Shown here one piece after another: positions 1 to 8,885 of a stretch of 64,000 nt of DNA. Both the position numbers and the translations under genes were made by a program. The notes beneath the pieces are model-generated. The model had not been told where the DNA came from and ran no database searches. It saw nothing but the letters and a program-made list of their open reading frames with translations. The stretch comes from Candidatus Latescibacterota bacterium (GTDB lineage Bacteria > Latescibacterota > UBA2968 > UBA8231): assembly GCA_965217585.1 (NCBI GenBank), contig OZ244561.1, positions 512,001-576,000 on the forward strand, given 5' to 3'. Every line of letters begins with the position of its first letter. The first letter of the stretch is position 1.

Positions 1-455
1 TCCTCGTCGGTCCAGTTCTCGTCAGCCGAACCGGTATAGTCGCCACCGGTGTGGTCGCCATCAAGCATGAACTCAATGGAGTCTTGCCTCCACAAGCTAC
101 CCAAGTCACCGCCAGCGTATTCGTTGATGTACGTATTGTCGATGCGCTCCATACCCAGCCAGATGGTGCCGGCATTGCCGTTCCAGCCCAGCCAGATGCG
201 ATAGTCTAGGTCCGCCGGATCGTACTGGGCACCGTCGCCCACGGTCGGATCCGCAAAGAAATCAGTAGCGACCAGCGAAGGGTCACCAATTACATCTTCC
301 CAGTCGGCTATGCTGGCATCGCGCAGATCAATATCAGCCAGATCAGCCTCTGCGACTTCAAAGAGCAGGTAAACCTGTTCGCCAATATGCGCACTGGCAC
401 CGCTTGTCAGGCCCAGTATCAGGCCCATAGCGACAAGGCCATATAGACGTTTCAT
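1..455 (-). CDS. Secreted acidic protein, CBM9/DOMON-like; 3' end lies outside the window; missing from the ORF track
   Basis: Manual translation from ATG at 455: MKRLYGLVAMGLILGLTSGASAHIGEQVYLLFEV...DLDYRIWLGWN...LWRQDSIEFMLDGDHTGG; signal peptide; AAGGAG RBS at 465-470; the DSIEFMLDGD motif resembles CBM9-like sugar-binding domains. Confidence 0.8.
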   Translation of the reverse strand, partial: MKRLYGLVAMGLILGLTSGASAHIGEQVYLLFEVAEADLADIDLRDASIADWEDVIGDPSLVATDFFADPTVGDGAQYDPADLDYRIWLGWNGNAGTIWLGMERIDNTYINEYAGGDLGSLWRQDSIEFMLDGDHTGGDYTGSADENWTDE

Positions 456-659
456 AAGCTGCAACTCCTTCCCCTTTATCGGGAGTGTGGTGGTTTTGGG
501 GACAGCGACCTTTTCGGCTCGATCTGCATCGTACAAGGGCTATCGCTTATTGCCTCCGTAGGTCTGTCCTTCCCCTTGAGAAAAGTTACGCCCACTAGCA
601 ACCGACATCCGACTTTTCCTGACCAGTCGGGGCCGCTGTAGAGGGCTTTTATTCGGCGT

Positions 660-688
660 AATATAGGAATTCCGCCACTATACTGCAA
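660..688 (-). promoter_or_regulatory. Sigma70-type promoter TTGCAG-N17-TATATT with an AT-rich upstream tract
   Basis: 17-bp spacer between hexamers; very AT-rich 690-735; points toward the gene starting at 455. Confidence 0.5.
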
Positions 689-749
689 GTATTTTACTAT
701 TAAAAATTATAATTATTATATTTAAAATACATAAATGCCTAGCCCGTTG

Positions 750-783
750 GCATACTTCCGATAAGATATTATCGGAAGTATGC
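750..783. terminator. Perfect 15-bp stem-loop downstream of the envelope operon
   Basis: GCATACTTCCGATAA-gata-TTATCGGAAGTATGC, about 10 nt past the stop at 793; no clean U-tract. Confidence 0.55.
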
Positions 784-792
784 AAGGCGCAC

Positions 793-1710
793 TTATTGAG
801 AATCTTCGGCGCTGTCGTCAACACTGTCGCCGGTACTATCTCCAGTGTCGTCAGCGCCGCCTTCAGCGCTTTCCTCGTCCTTATCTTCCCGAAAGCGAAT
901 CTGCTTTATGTGGTGCATACCAATCGCAAACGGACTCGAACCCATGACGCCCGTAAAGGTCTGGTTGACGCGCTCGAAATAGCTCTTATCGGTCTCGCCC
1001 GAAAGGCGGACTAGGCTCGCCTCAACTGTGCCCATAACGGTTTTTCCCGACCAATAGGTCGCCGTTATTGGCCTATACTCGTCGCCCGTCCCGCCGTCCT
1101 CAAAGTCGATTCGCGCCACTTTGTCTAGGGGGATAAAGCGCTTCTTGTTGCGGCCCTTGAAAAAGTCGAGCCGCTGCTTGCCGTGAAAGCGCAAATTCTC
1201 CACCTCAAAGCGCCTGCCGTTTGTCGTAATGATCGTGGCCTTGAGGATCTTTTCCTCAGGCGGCTCCTCGCCGATGGGATGGCGCAAGACGATCTCTTGC
1301 ACATCGCTGGCGAGAATGAAGAACGGCCCCAATTCGGTCACCCCAGCGAAGCGACGCCCGCTGCTTCCACCACCGACGGCGTCCTGGTGGGGCGCAGAAG
1401 AGCCGCCCGTCACCATCAAGCCCGCTTCTTGGGCACCGTTCCGGAACACGAGCATGACGCGCTGTTCCTCGTCGCTGCGCTCCCCTTCAAAGCGCAACCG
1501 AGCAACCTTGACCAGTTCCACCAGCCGACGCTGCCCTTGGACGTAGATCTCCAAATCCTGACGCCCCTGAAAGGTGAACTTATCTACTTGGTGCTGGTTT
1601 CCGTAGCGATCGATAATGGTCGCCTTGAGAGGAGAAGTAGCAGCTCCACTGGCCGATACCCATAGCGCGGCCAAGAGTGCAACGCCACCCCATAGTCCTT
1701 TGCGCTTCAT
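793..1710 (-). CDS. Secreted hypothetical protein with two tandem homologous domains and an acidic tail
   Basis: Signal peptide; repeated LKATII...G...V..F.F.G.Q.L units; GGAG RBS. Confidence 0.8.
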   Translation of the reverse strand: MKRKGLWGGVALLAALWVSASGAATSPLKATIIDRYGNQHQVDKFTFQGRQDLEIYVQGQRRLVELVKVARLRFEGERSDEEQRVMLVFRNGAQEAGLMVTGGSSAPHQDAVGGGSSGRRFAGVTELGPFFILASDVQEIVLRHPIGEEPPEEKILKATIITTNGRRFEVENLRFHGKQRLDFFKGRNKKRFIPLDKVARIDFEDGGTGDEYRPITATYWSGKTVMGTVEASLVRLSGETDKSYFERVNQTFTGVMGSSPFAIGMHHIKQIRFREDKDEESAEGGADDTGDSTGDSVDDSAEDSQ

Positions 1711-1737
1711 GGCATTACTCCGCGATAAGCGATAAGC

Positions 1738-2433
1738 CTAAGGTTGTGCGGCCCCTTCGCCCCCGCTTTCGCCCGGTTGGGCCGGCGAGGGGTCTGGTCC
1801 GATGAGAATGTTCTGGGTCCGTCCCATGCTCACCTGTACGAGCCTGATTTCGTCCAAACCAGTAGGAGAATTTTCAATCCGAATCTTGTACTCGCCCTCC
1901 GGTACGATAAAGTAGCGCACCTCTGTCGAGGTCATACCCCGGCCCAGCATAGTCCGCAAATTATAGTCAAAAATTAGGAAAGGCACCTGACTGCGGCCCT
2001 GCGCATCGGAAAAAATGACCTGAAAACGACCGATGGGTATGGTCGCGTACATTTCCTGTCCCATCAGGACCTCGACTTCCTTCTCGACGCTGTCATCGAT
2101 ATCAGTATTGACCACAACCCGATAACTGCCAGGGTCCAGATCGACGAATTGCGGCAGAGAGCGGTAGCCTGTCTCGTATCCTATGGGTGAACTCGCGGCC
2201 ATGCGCGGCGATTCCGAGTGAACCTCCTCGCCGGTCTCTTCGTCGAGTACATAGTAGTTTACTTCGTTGATTCCTCCCGTCTCCAACATGAGCCGCCCCT
2301 TGCCCTCGGGAATGGGCGGCATACCATAACCGCCTCCGCTGCCTCCGGTAGTGGCACAGCCAGCCACAACGGCCGCTAGAGCACCGACCAGAAGCCACTT
2401 GCGCACCTGTGTATATTCAACTTTCGACGCCAT
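1738..2433 (-). CDS. Hypothetical lipoprotein with beta-sandwich-like repeats
   Basis: Lipobox VVAGC followed by a Gly-rich linker; AAGGAGG RBS. Confidence 0.8.
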   Translation of the reverse strand: MASKVEYTQVRKWLLVGALAAVVAGCATTGGSGGGYGMPPIPEGKGRLMLETGGINEVNYYVLDEETGEEVHSESPRMAASSPIGYETGYRSLPQFVDLDPGSYRVVVNTDIDDSVEKEVEVLMGQEMYATIPIGRFQVIFSDAQGRSQVPFLIFDYNLRTMLGRGMTSTEVRYFIVPEGEYKIRIENSPTGLDEIRLVQVSMGRTQNILIGPDPSPAQPGESGGEGAAQP

Positions 2434-2524
2434 CTTTCCCTCCTTGTGACGAGCTGTAGAAAACGGACAACTGCCTAAGAGCCAAGATGGTGAACATAAT
2501 ATATAGGCCCTCGGCCGCTGTCAA

Positions 2525-4135
2525 CTACTCGTCGCGGTCCGCGAGAGATACGAGGATGAAGTTCCGATCCTCTCTCGGCTGCCGGCTGACGAAGCGCATA
2601 AATTCTACTCTGTCGTACCACTGACGCGGGTGCGCCGAAGGGATCGTCACGCCCCGGCGCAAGAGGTCTTGCCAAAAAGGCTCGTTTTCCACGACGAAGC
2701 CGGCCGCCACTAGGAAATAGTCTGCGCCCTCGACCGCGAGGCTGTCGAGCCGCTCTGGCGCAAACTCGGGCGGGGTTATTTGCCATCCCTTGCGATGGCA
2801 GTAGTAGAGCAAGGTCGGGCTTTGCGCTCGGTGCGGCACCCCGGTGTTTTCGTCCTCGTCGCCGATGACCAGCATCGCATCCTGCGGCAACTTGGCGTCG
2901 AGTATCCGCCCCACCAAGTAGCAGCTCTGATAGTAGTTGTGCCAATTGTTGGGCTGCGCATAATACGGCCTAACCGCCCAAGCACTGTAGGCGGCGACCC
3001 CGACGATCAGGGTACATACCAAAACGACGCGCCAGCGGTGTTTCCAGTTCCGCGCGAATCGACACCATCCCGCCGATGCGGCATCTGCCCCGATAATGGC
3101 TTCGAGCGCCCGTCCAGCCAGAAGGGCCCCAACCGGGGCAAAGGGTAGCTGGTAGTAATGCAGTCTGCGATTACCCTCGGGGATGACAAAAACATAGAGC
3201 ACCAGCCCTCCCATCCAAACCCAGAGCGTCCACTCGCGCCGTTGGGTAGGCGCTAGAGCGAGTCCGGCCAAAACCAAGATTGCCCCCGCAGGCGTATAGA
3301 CGCTGTGCCAGAAGCGCTCCAAGATCGTCAGGTAGAAATTAGTCGTAAAAAGCAGGCTGCGGTCCCACTTGTCATAGCCGTAGCGATTCCAGATGCCAAA
3401 CGTCAGGCCGGTTTCCTCAAAGAGCAGGTTGGCGTGCCAGTACCAGAACACGGCGGGTGCCAAGGCCAGCACGAGGTAGAGCCAAAGCGCGGGCTTGAGG
3501 ACGAAGTGCCACCTCCAGCGCACCCAGGCTAAGGCGACCAGCGGAAAACCGAGATAGAGGGTAGGTATTTTGACGAGGAAACACAGGGCGGCCAACAGGA
3601 CAGCTAGCGCGAAGTCCCATAGGCGACTGCTGTCAATCCACCGCGCGAAAGCCCAAAGCGCCCCCACGCTCAAAAGGATCATCAGCGCCTCGGGCATAAA
3701 GGTGCGCCCGTAGTAGATGCTCATGGGGGAAAGCAGATAGAGCAGGGCAGCCAACAGCGCGCCCGGCCGCCCCATGCCCAATCGCAGACCCAGCCAATAG
3801 AGCAGCGCCGCCGCCGCCGCCGAGCACAGCGCCGCCACGAGCCGCCCGAGCCACTCATAGGAACCGTCGACTGCGGCGTAGAGCAGGGCAACGACGAAGG
3901 GGTACAGAGGGAAATTCGCCTCCACATACCCAGGGGTAGTACCGCGCCAATCGACGCGCGGATAGAAGAGCGAATACCCCTCTTCGTAAAAGTTGCGGGC
4001 TATGGCGGCCGTGTCCGTCTGGCGCCAAGCCTGCTTGTCAGTCAGGGGATCTTGCAGGTTTACAAACCGCAGGGCCAGCCCCAAGGCGAGGACGATATAG
4101 AGGTAAGAAGCGCCCGTGGCCCCCTTCGTTTGCAT
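2525..4135 (-). CDS. ArnT/PMT-family (GT-C) membrane glycosyltransferase
   Basis: Multiple TM helices; WRQTDTAAIARNF...YPRVDWRG...EANFPLY and YYGRTFMPE motifs. Confidence 0.85.
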   Translation of the reverse strand: MQTKGATGASYLYIVLALGLALRFVNLQDPLTDKQAWRQTDTAAIARNFYEEGYSLFYPRVDWRGTTPGYVEANFPLYPFVVALLYAAVDGSYEWLGRLVAALCSAAAAALLYWLGLRLGMGRPGALLAALLYLLSPMSIYYGRTFMPEALMILLSVGALWAFARWIDSSRLWDFALAVLLAALCFLVKIPTLYLGFPLVALAWVRWRWHFVLKPALWLYLVLALAPAVFWYWHANLLFEETGLTFGIWNRYGYDKWDRSLLFTTNFYLTILERFWHSVYTPAGAILVLAGLALAPTQRREWTLWVWMGGLVLYVFVIPEGNRRLHYYQLPFAPVGALLAGRALEAIIGADAASAGWCRFARNWKHRWRVVLVCTLIVGVAAYSAWAVRPYYAQPNNWHNYYQSCYLVGRILDAKLPQDAMLVIGDEDENTGVPHRAQSPTLLYYCHRKGWQITPPEFAPERLDSLAVEGADYFLVAAGFVVENEPFWQDLLRRGVTIPSAHPRQWYDRVEFMRFVSRQPREDRNFILVSLADRDE

Positions 4136-4141
4136 GTCAGA

Positions 4142-5317
4142 TCAGTAGGGGCGCCAGCTCGGCGACATATCGTCGCGGTCGTCGTTGTCGGTCAGGTTGA
4201 TTGGCATCAGCGGCGGCGCGTCCATCTCGTCCAGGTCAAATCCGGCCGTCCCGACCAAGTAAATGTCGTATTCGTCGTCGCCCATCTTGCCCGCATAAGC
4301 TATCCCCTTGCCGTCGGGCGACCAGACGGGCTCTTGCTCGTAGGTATCCTCGGCAATCGAGATGCGGGTCTGCCCTTGGCCATCGGCCCGCATGATCATC
4401 AGCTCCTGGCCGCCAAATGCCTCCGAGTTGTAAACCAAGCGGTCGCCCTTGGGCGAAAATGACGCGAACATGTCGAGCTTGCGCCGATTCTCGGTGAGGC
4501 GAGTCCGATTCGACCCGTCGAGATCAATGAGATAAATCTCGTCGTTGTCGTCGAAGGCCGAAGAAGTAAAGGCGATGCGGCGGCCGTCGGGCGAAAACGA
4601 AGGCTGGCCGCCTTGGACCAACTTCCGCGGGTTGGCCCCGTCAGCGGCCATAAGCCAGACGGCCACATCGCCGTCGCGCTGGCTGACGAAGGCGATAGTC
4701 TCGCCGTCGGGCGAAAAGACGCCGCGCTGGTCGCGCTCGGGATGTTCGGTCAGGCGCACGACATTAGCGCTATCAACATCCATGACGTAGAGGTCGATGT
4801 TGGTCATCACGTCGCCGCGAGTGAAGAGGATCCTCTTACCGTCGGGCGACCAAGAGGGATGCTGCTCGGGTTCGCGAGTGTCGGTTAGCTGCTGGCGCTC
4901 GCTGCCATCGGCCTTGATGGTAAACAAGTCCCAGCTACGGACGTTTTTCTTGGTCGAGGCGTAGAGGATCGTGCCCTCGCGTTTGAAAGCGGCATTGCTC
5001 CCCGCGGGAATGTCAAAGGTCGCCTCGTAGGTCCGCACGCCCCATAGCGGTGGCGATTCCACTTGCAAGACCTTGTTTTCCATATAATCCCCCGCGGCGA
5101 CATTGACTGCATAAGAGCCACCACCTAATTCGATTTTGCTGTCCAGCTCGGGCAAGACGTAGGTCCCAGCTTTGACCAAGTGGTTGAATTTGTATTGGAC
5201 GTCATTGGCGTCCAAGCGCACCAACTGGCCGTCCCCGCCCCTGATCTCGATTTTAACTTGGTTCGAGCCACATCCTGCGAGCGCGACGGCTAAAACCAAT
5301 GCAGATAGCTTGAACAT
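4142..5317 (-). CDS. TolB-like PD40 beta-propeller lipoprotein
   Basis: Lipobox LAGC; repeated PSWSPDG/FSPDG PD40 motifs. Confidence 0.85.
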   Translation of the reverse strand: MFKLSALVLAVALAGCGSNQVKIEIRGGDGQLVRLDANDVQYKFNHLVKAGTYVLPELDSKIELGGGSYAVNVAAGDYMENKVLQVESPPLWGVRTYEATFDIPAGSNAAFKREGTILYASTKKNVRSWDLFTIKADGSERQQLTDTREPEQHPSWSPDGKRILFTRGDVMTNIDLYVMDVDSANVVRLTEHPERDQRGVFSPDGETIAFVSQRDGDVAVWLMAADGANPRKLVQGGQPSFSPDGRRIAFTSSAFDDNDEIYLIDLDGSNRTRLTENRRKLDMFASFSPKGDRLVYNSEAFGGQELMIMRADGQGQTRISIAEDTYEQEPVWSPDGKGIAYAGKMGDDEYDIYLVGTAGFDLDEMDAPPLMPINLTDNDDRDDMSPSWRPY

Positions 5318-5353
5318 GTATTCTCCTTACTGAATTATTGCACACTCGGCCGA

Positions 5354-6037
5354 TCAGGCTAGACCGCTGAGTACCCGCAAGCGCTCGCCGAGATGATCCA
5401 TCAACTCGTTGACATTGGCGAAAGAATCCGCGTAGAGCGGTTCGCCGACGCGGAAATATACCCGGGCCCCAGGCCGAGTGTAACTTTCGTATTCTAGGCC
5501 AATGGGGATCAGCGGTACGCGCACCCCCCATCGCTTCTCTGCCTGTACCAGATGCTCTATCACTTCCTTTTTCAGCGGCCCCAACTCGTCCCGGTAGCGC
5601 GTGCCCTCTGGATGCGACACGACCAGTTCTCCGTGGCGGTAGAGCCTGTCTAAGTAATCCTGCATTTGTTGGTTGGCCGCACGGGCACGGGCGATTTCGG
5701 CGCGGCGTTGTTGCCGGTCCGCGATCCGCCTGACGTCTTTGGGGCGCACTACCTTGAGCCCCCCGCACCACTCCGAGACCCCCCACACGCCGACCTTCAT
5801 AATGTAGGTAGCATAGCGCCGGGCGATTCTGTACAGCAAGACTCCTTCGACGAGGGGGTCGCGATAGGCGCAATGCTTGGGCAAGAGCAAGCCAGGTCCC
5901 TCGCGCGGCAGGTGGTGCCCGCCCTCGACGGAAAGGCGGTAATAGCACAAGGCACCAGCGGCGAGCAAACGGGCACCGCAGGCGAGGGCATCCACGCGCT
6001 TGATGGAAAAGTCTCTATGCTCAGGCTCTGCGGACAT
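5354..6037 (-). CDS. Lysophospholipid acyltransferase (PlsC family)
   Basis: HX4D (HCAYRD) and HPEGTR motifs. Confidence 0.85.
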   Translation of the reverse strand: MSAEPEHRDFSIKRVDALACGARLLAAGALCYYRLSVEGGHHLPREGPGLLLPKHCAYRDPLVEGVLLYRIARRYATYIMKVGVWGVSEWCGGLKVVRPKDVRRIADRQQRRAEIARARAANQQMQDYLDRLYRHGELVVSHPEGTRYRDELGPLKKEVIEHLVQAEKRWGVRVPLIPIGLEYESYTRPGARVYFRVGEPLYADSFANVNELMDHLGERLRVLSGLA

Positions 6038-6041
6038 GGTC

Positions 6042-6521
6042 CTACCTGAACAAGTCCTTTACCTTGCCCCAGGTGCTTTCGTCCACTTCCGTAGACAAAG
6101 GTTGCAGCAGGTCTTGCCCCGGACCGGCCAAACGCAAAGTGTCATCGGAATCTATGGCTGCGAAATAATCCCCGTCGGCGTCCAGCCGCGCTTTGATGTA
6201 CGCGGGCACCTCTGGGGACTGCGCGGCCCTAGCGACCGACCACAGGGTCAGGCCCTCGGTCACCGCTAGCACTTGTCCGTCGCGGACGATGGCGACAAAC
6301 CGCTGCTCGGCATCCTGAGCGCGCTTCACCTCGTCCTCTAGGCGAAACAATTGCCGCCATAACTGCAAGACCCGCTGGCGCTGCGGGGCCTTATCGTGCG
6401 AGAAGACGTAGAATACGCGGCTGTCTTTCGGCAGGACCTGAATCTCGCCGCTGTCAGCTCCACTCGCTGCGACCAGCAGCAGGACCAAGCCCGTCGTCCA
6501 TGTCATTCGTAGTGCGTTCAT
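6042..6521 (-). CDS. Small secreted protein with C-terminal STWGKVKDLFR motif
   Basis: Signal peptide; C-terminus STEVDESTWGKVKDLFR; short gaps to both neighbours. Confidence 0.8.
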   Translation of the reverse strand: MNALRMTWTTGLVLLLVAASGADSGEIQVLPKDSRVFYVFSHDKAPQRQRVLQLWRQLFRLEDEVKRAQDAEQRFVAIVRDGQVLAVTEGLTLWSVARAAQSPEVPAYIKARLDADGDYFAAIDSDDTLRLAGPGQDLLQPLSTEVDESTWGKVKDLFR

Positions 6522-6528
6522 ATCGACC

Positions 6529-7611
6529 TTATTCGGCGCGGATTCCGTAGTCTTTTTGCACGGCGTCTTTCCCTTGGAGAATCCTCACCAGCGACAGGTG
6601 TTGGCTGAGCACCTGTTCGACTTGCACGACGCCGACCCGGCGCGGCAGGGACGTTCCCAACACCTCGCCGGTATCCGGGTCTTTCAGTTCCCGTCCCTTG
6701 TCCCACACGCCGTACTTGTTGCCTTTCTGCACTGAATCGGCTAATCCCACGTTAATATAGGCACTCAACCGCACTCGCACAGATTGGCCGTTCTGCCCTG
6801 TATCAGCCTGCACTGTATCAGCCACCACCTCTATGATTTTCGGTTCGGAGACCTTGAGTGCGGCCGGGGGTTGGATGAGACTGTCCAGCCCGGCGGCCAA
6901 GTGGTCCAGACATCGGCTCACCGACTTGCCCAGCAAGGTTTGGTGGAATTCCTCGCTGCCCCACTCCATCTGCCCCAAGAGGAAGTACTCCTTTTCCAGC
7001 GGCACGTAGGCCGCCGGGTTGGTGATCCCATAGCGCTTACTGTCCTCAGTTGCTTCCCGCATCACCTCGCCGGCTACTTCCCCGTCTATGACCTTATAGG
7101 GATACAGCCGCACCGTGGTTAGGCCCTGATAGCTGCGATAGCCGCCGATGGGCACGGTAGCGCGAAAGCGCTTCATGCTCATCTCGTCGATCTGCCCCAA
7201 GACGACGTAGTCGGCGTTCACCTCGCGGCCAATGGCCAAGGCGCGCGCTACATCGAGCTTGCCTTGCAATTCTTTCTTTTTTAGTCGCACGAGTGCCGAA
7301 TCAATGGACACGGTGCTGAAAAAGGCACTGCCGTGCAGCGAATCGGCCAAGCCACGGGGCATGGCCGAGTATATGTCCCACTCGCCCTTGTATTTCGACT
7401 TGTCGCGAAAGGGCATGAAGAGCAGCCGCTGCTTCAGCCCCTCCGAGATGGTGCTATCGCTGACCACCAACTCCTTTGAGGCCTCCTCCTCTTCTTTTTG
7501 CTCGCCCAACCCCATAATCGGCACTACAGCCGCCCCCCCGTCTGCCCCCCAATACAGCGCGGCCAGCAAAGCGAATCCCCCCCGCAAAAACCACCTGTGT
7601 CTATCGGACAT
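6529..7611 (-). CDS. CsgG/FlgT-like envelope protein
   Basis: Start re-called at ATG 7611, overlapping the larA stop; signal peptide; MPF...AIGREVNADYVVLGQI CsgG/TolB_N-like core; YINVG...DPDTGEVLG FlgT_C-like domain. Confidence 0.7.
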   Translation of the reverse strand: MSDRHRWFLRGGFALLAALYWGADGGAAVVPIMGLGEQKEEEEASKELVVSDSTISEGLKQRLLFMPFRDKSKYKGEWDIYSAMPRGLADSLHGSAFFSTVSIDSALVRLKKKELQGKLDVARALAIGREVNADYVVLGQIDEMSMKRFRATVPIGGYRSYQGLTTVRLYPYKVIDGEVAGEVMREATEDSKRYGITNPAAYVPLEKEYFLLGQMEWGSEEFHQTLLGKSVSRCLDHLAAGLDSLIQPPAALKVSEPKIIEVVADTVQADTGQNGQSVRVRLSAYINVGLADSVQKGNKYGVWDKGRELKDPDTGEVLGTSLPRRVGVVQVEQVLSQHLSLVRILQGKDAVQKDYGIRAE

Positions 7612-8885
7612 CAGTGCCCTCCTTTGGTTTGCGTGAGTGCGTAAGGGCCTTGGGGCACGACCGCTATGCGCGCCCCGGCACCGTGCCGCGCCAACGCCGC
7701 GGCTAGTCCTTGCTCCACAGAAGAAATGACCTCGACCCACACCTTGTCGCGGTACTGAGGATCAATGCCCTCAGAGTAAAACATGACCTCGGCCTTGTCG
7801 AGTACCTTGCACAGCTCTTGCAACTGCCATTGGTCGATGGCGAAGAAATCGGGCTCCGCGAGGCGAGCCGCGAATTCGGCGGCACCGGATGCGCCGAGCA
7901 GCATCTCCGCGAATTCCGGGCTACCCAAGCCCTCGGCGCAACGAGCGGCAATGAGGATCGTTCCACGCTCTTTGACGATGGGCAACACCGCCGTCAGGCC
8001 CTTGACGGCTTGATAAAACGTCAGGTCGAGCGGCCAGCCGGCGCTGCTGGTGACCGCGATGTCAACCGGCTCGTTAACCAGGACGCCGTTCTGCTGCTCG
8101 ACGAAGCGGGCACCTTCGGCATGGGCCTTCTCTAGGTCGCCGCAGAACAGGCCGGTGATTTGCCGTCGGTCGTTCATAGCCACATTGAAAGTAAAATCAA
8201 CCCCGGCGCGCTGCGCCACTTCGAGGGCTTGGCGGTGAAAAGGGTTGCCTTCAATTGAGCCTTCGCAAGCCCGGGGATGGCTCAACAGCTCGGGGCCGTG
8301 CAGGACGCGCATCGTCTCAATACCCATCAATCCCGGGCAGATAGCCTTGCGGCCGCCCGAGTACCCGGCCATCAAGTGCGGCTCGATCAGCGAGGTGGCG
8401 ATTTTTAGGTCGGCCTCCACATAGAGCGCGGCGATCCATATTGGGGCACCGCCCGAGGTTTCCCCCAGATAGGTCAGGGTCTCGCGGCGGCGGGCTGTGT
8501 GATTGACGATGCGATAGTTGCGGGCGATATCGGCCCCGACGAGTTGCACCAATTCCTCGCCTTCGTTGGGCCGGTGCAGGCCGGTGCCGACCAATAAGGT
8601 AATATCCTCGCGGGTAATGCCTTCCTCTTCGAGAATCCGCAGCATCGGCGGCAAAATGACGGCATTGGGCACCGGGCGGGTAATATCGGCAATGACTATG
8701 CAGGCGTTTTTGCGCCCCCGCGCCAGCCGCCGCAAGGACGGAGTCCCTATCGGGTGAGCCAGCGCGCGATCGATCCGCTCCTCGATCCGGTCGAGCCCAT
8801 CACTCGGGGCCATCTGCAATACCTCGGCCGAGTCAGGCACTTCGATTTCGAGGCCGTCGCGGCCATAGTCGAGCTTTACTTTCAT
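7611..8885 (-). CDS. larA: Nickel-pincer-dependent lactate racemase family protein
   Basis: DITRP, GTGLHR, EPHLMAGYSGGRK, RVLHG and FYQAVKG motifs. Confidence 0.9.
   Translation of the reverse strand: MKVKLDYGRDGLEIEVPDSAEVLQMAPSDGLDRIEERIDRALAHPIGTPSLRRLARGRKNACIVIADITRPVPNAVILPPMLRILEEEGITREDITLLVGTGLHRPNEGEELVQLVGADIARNYRIVNHTARRRETLTYLGETSGGAPIWIAALYVEADLKIATSLIEPHLMAGYSGGRKAICPGLMGIETMRVLHGPELLSHPRACEGSIEGNPFHRQALEVAQRAGVDFTFNVAMNDRRQITGLFCGDLEKAHAEGARFVEQQNGVLVNEPVDIAVTSSAGWPLDLTFYQAVKGLTAVLPIVKERGTILIAARCAEGLGSPEFAEMLLGASGAAEFAARLAEPDFFAIDQWQLQELCKVLDKAEVMFYSEGIDPQYRDKVWVEVISSVEQGLAAALARHGAGARIAVVPQGPYALTQTKGGH

Noticed and set aside
476-688. 70-aa minus-strand ORF
   Set aside because: Its TTG start is the predicted -35 box; no RBS; more likely a 5' leader
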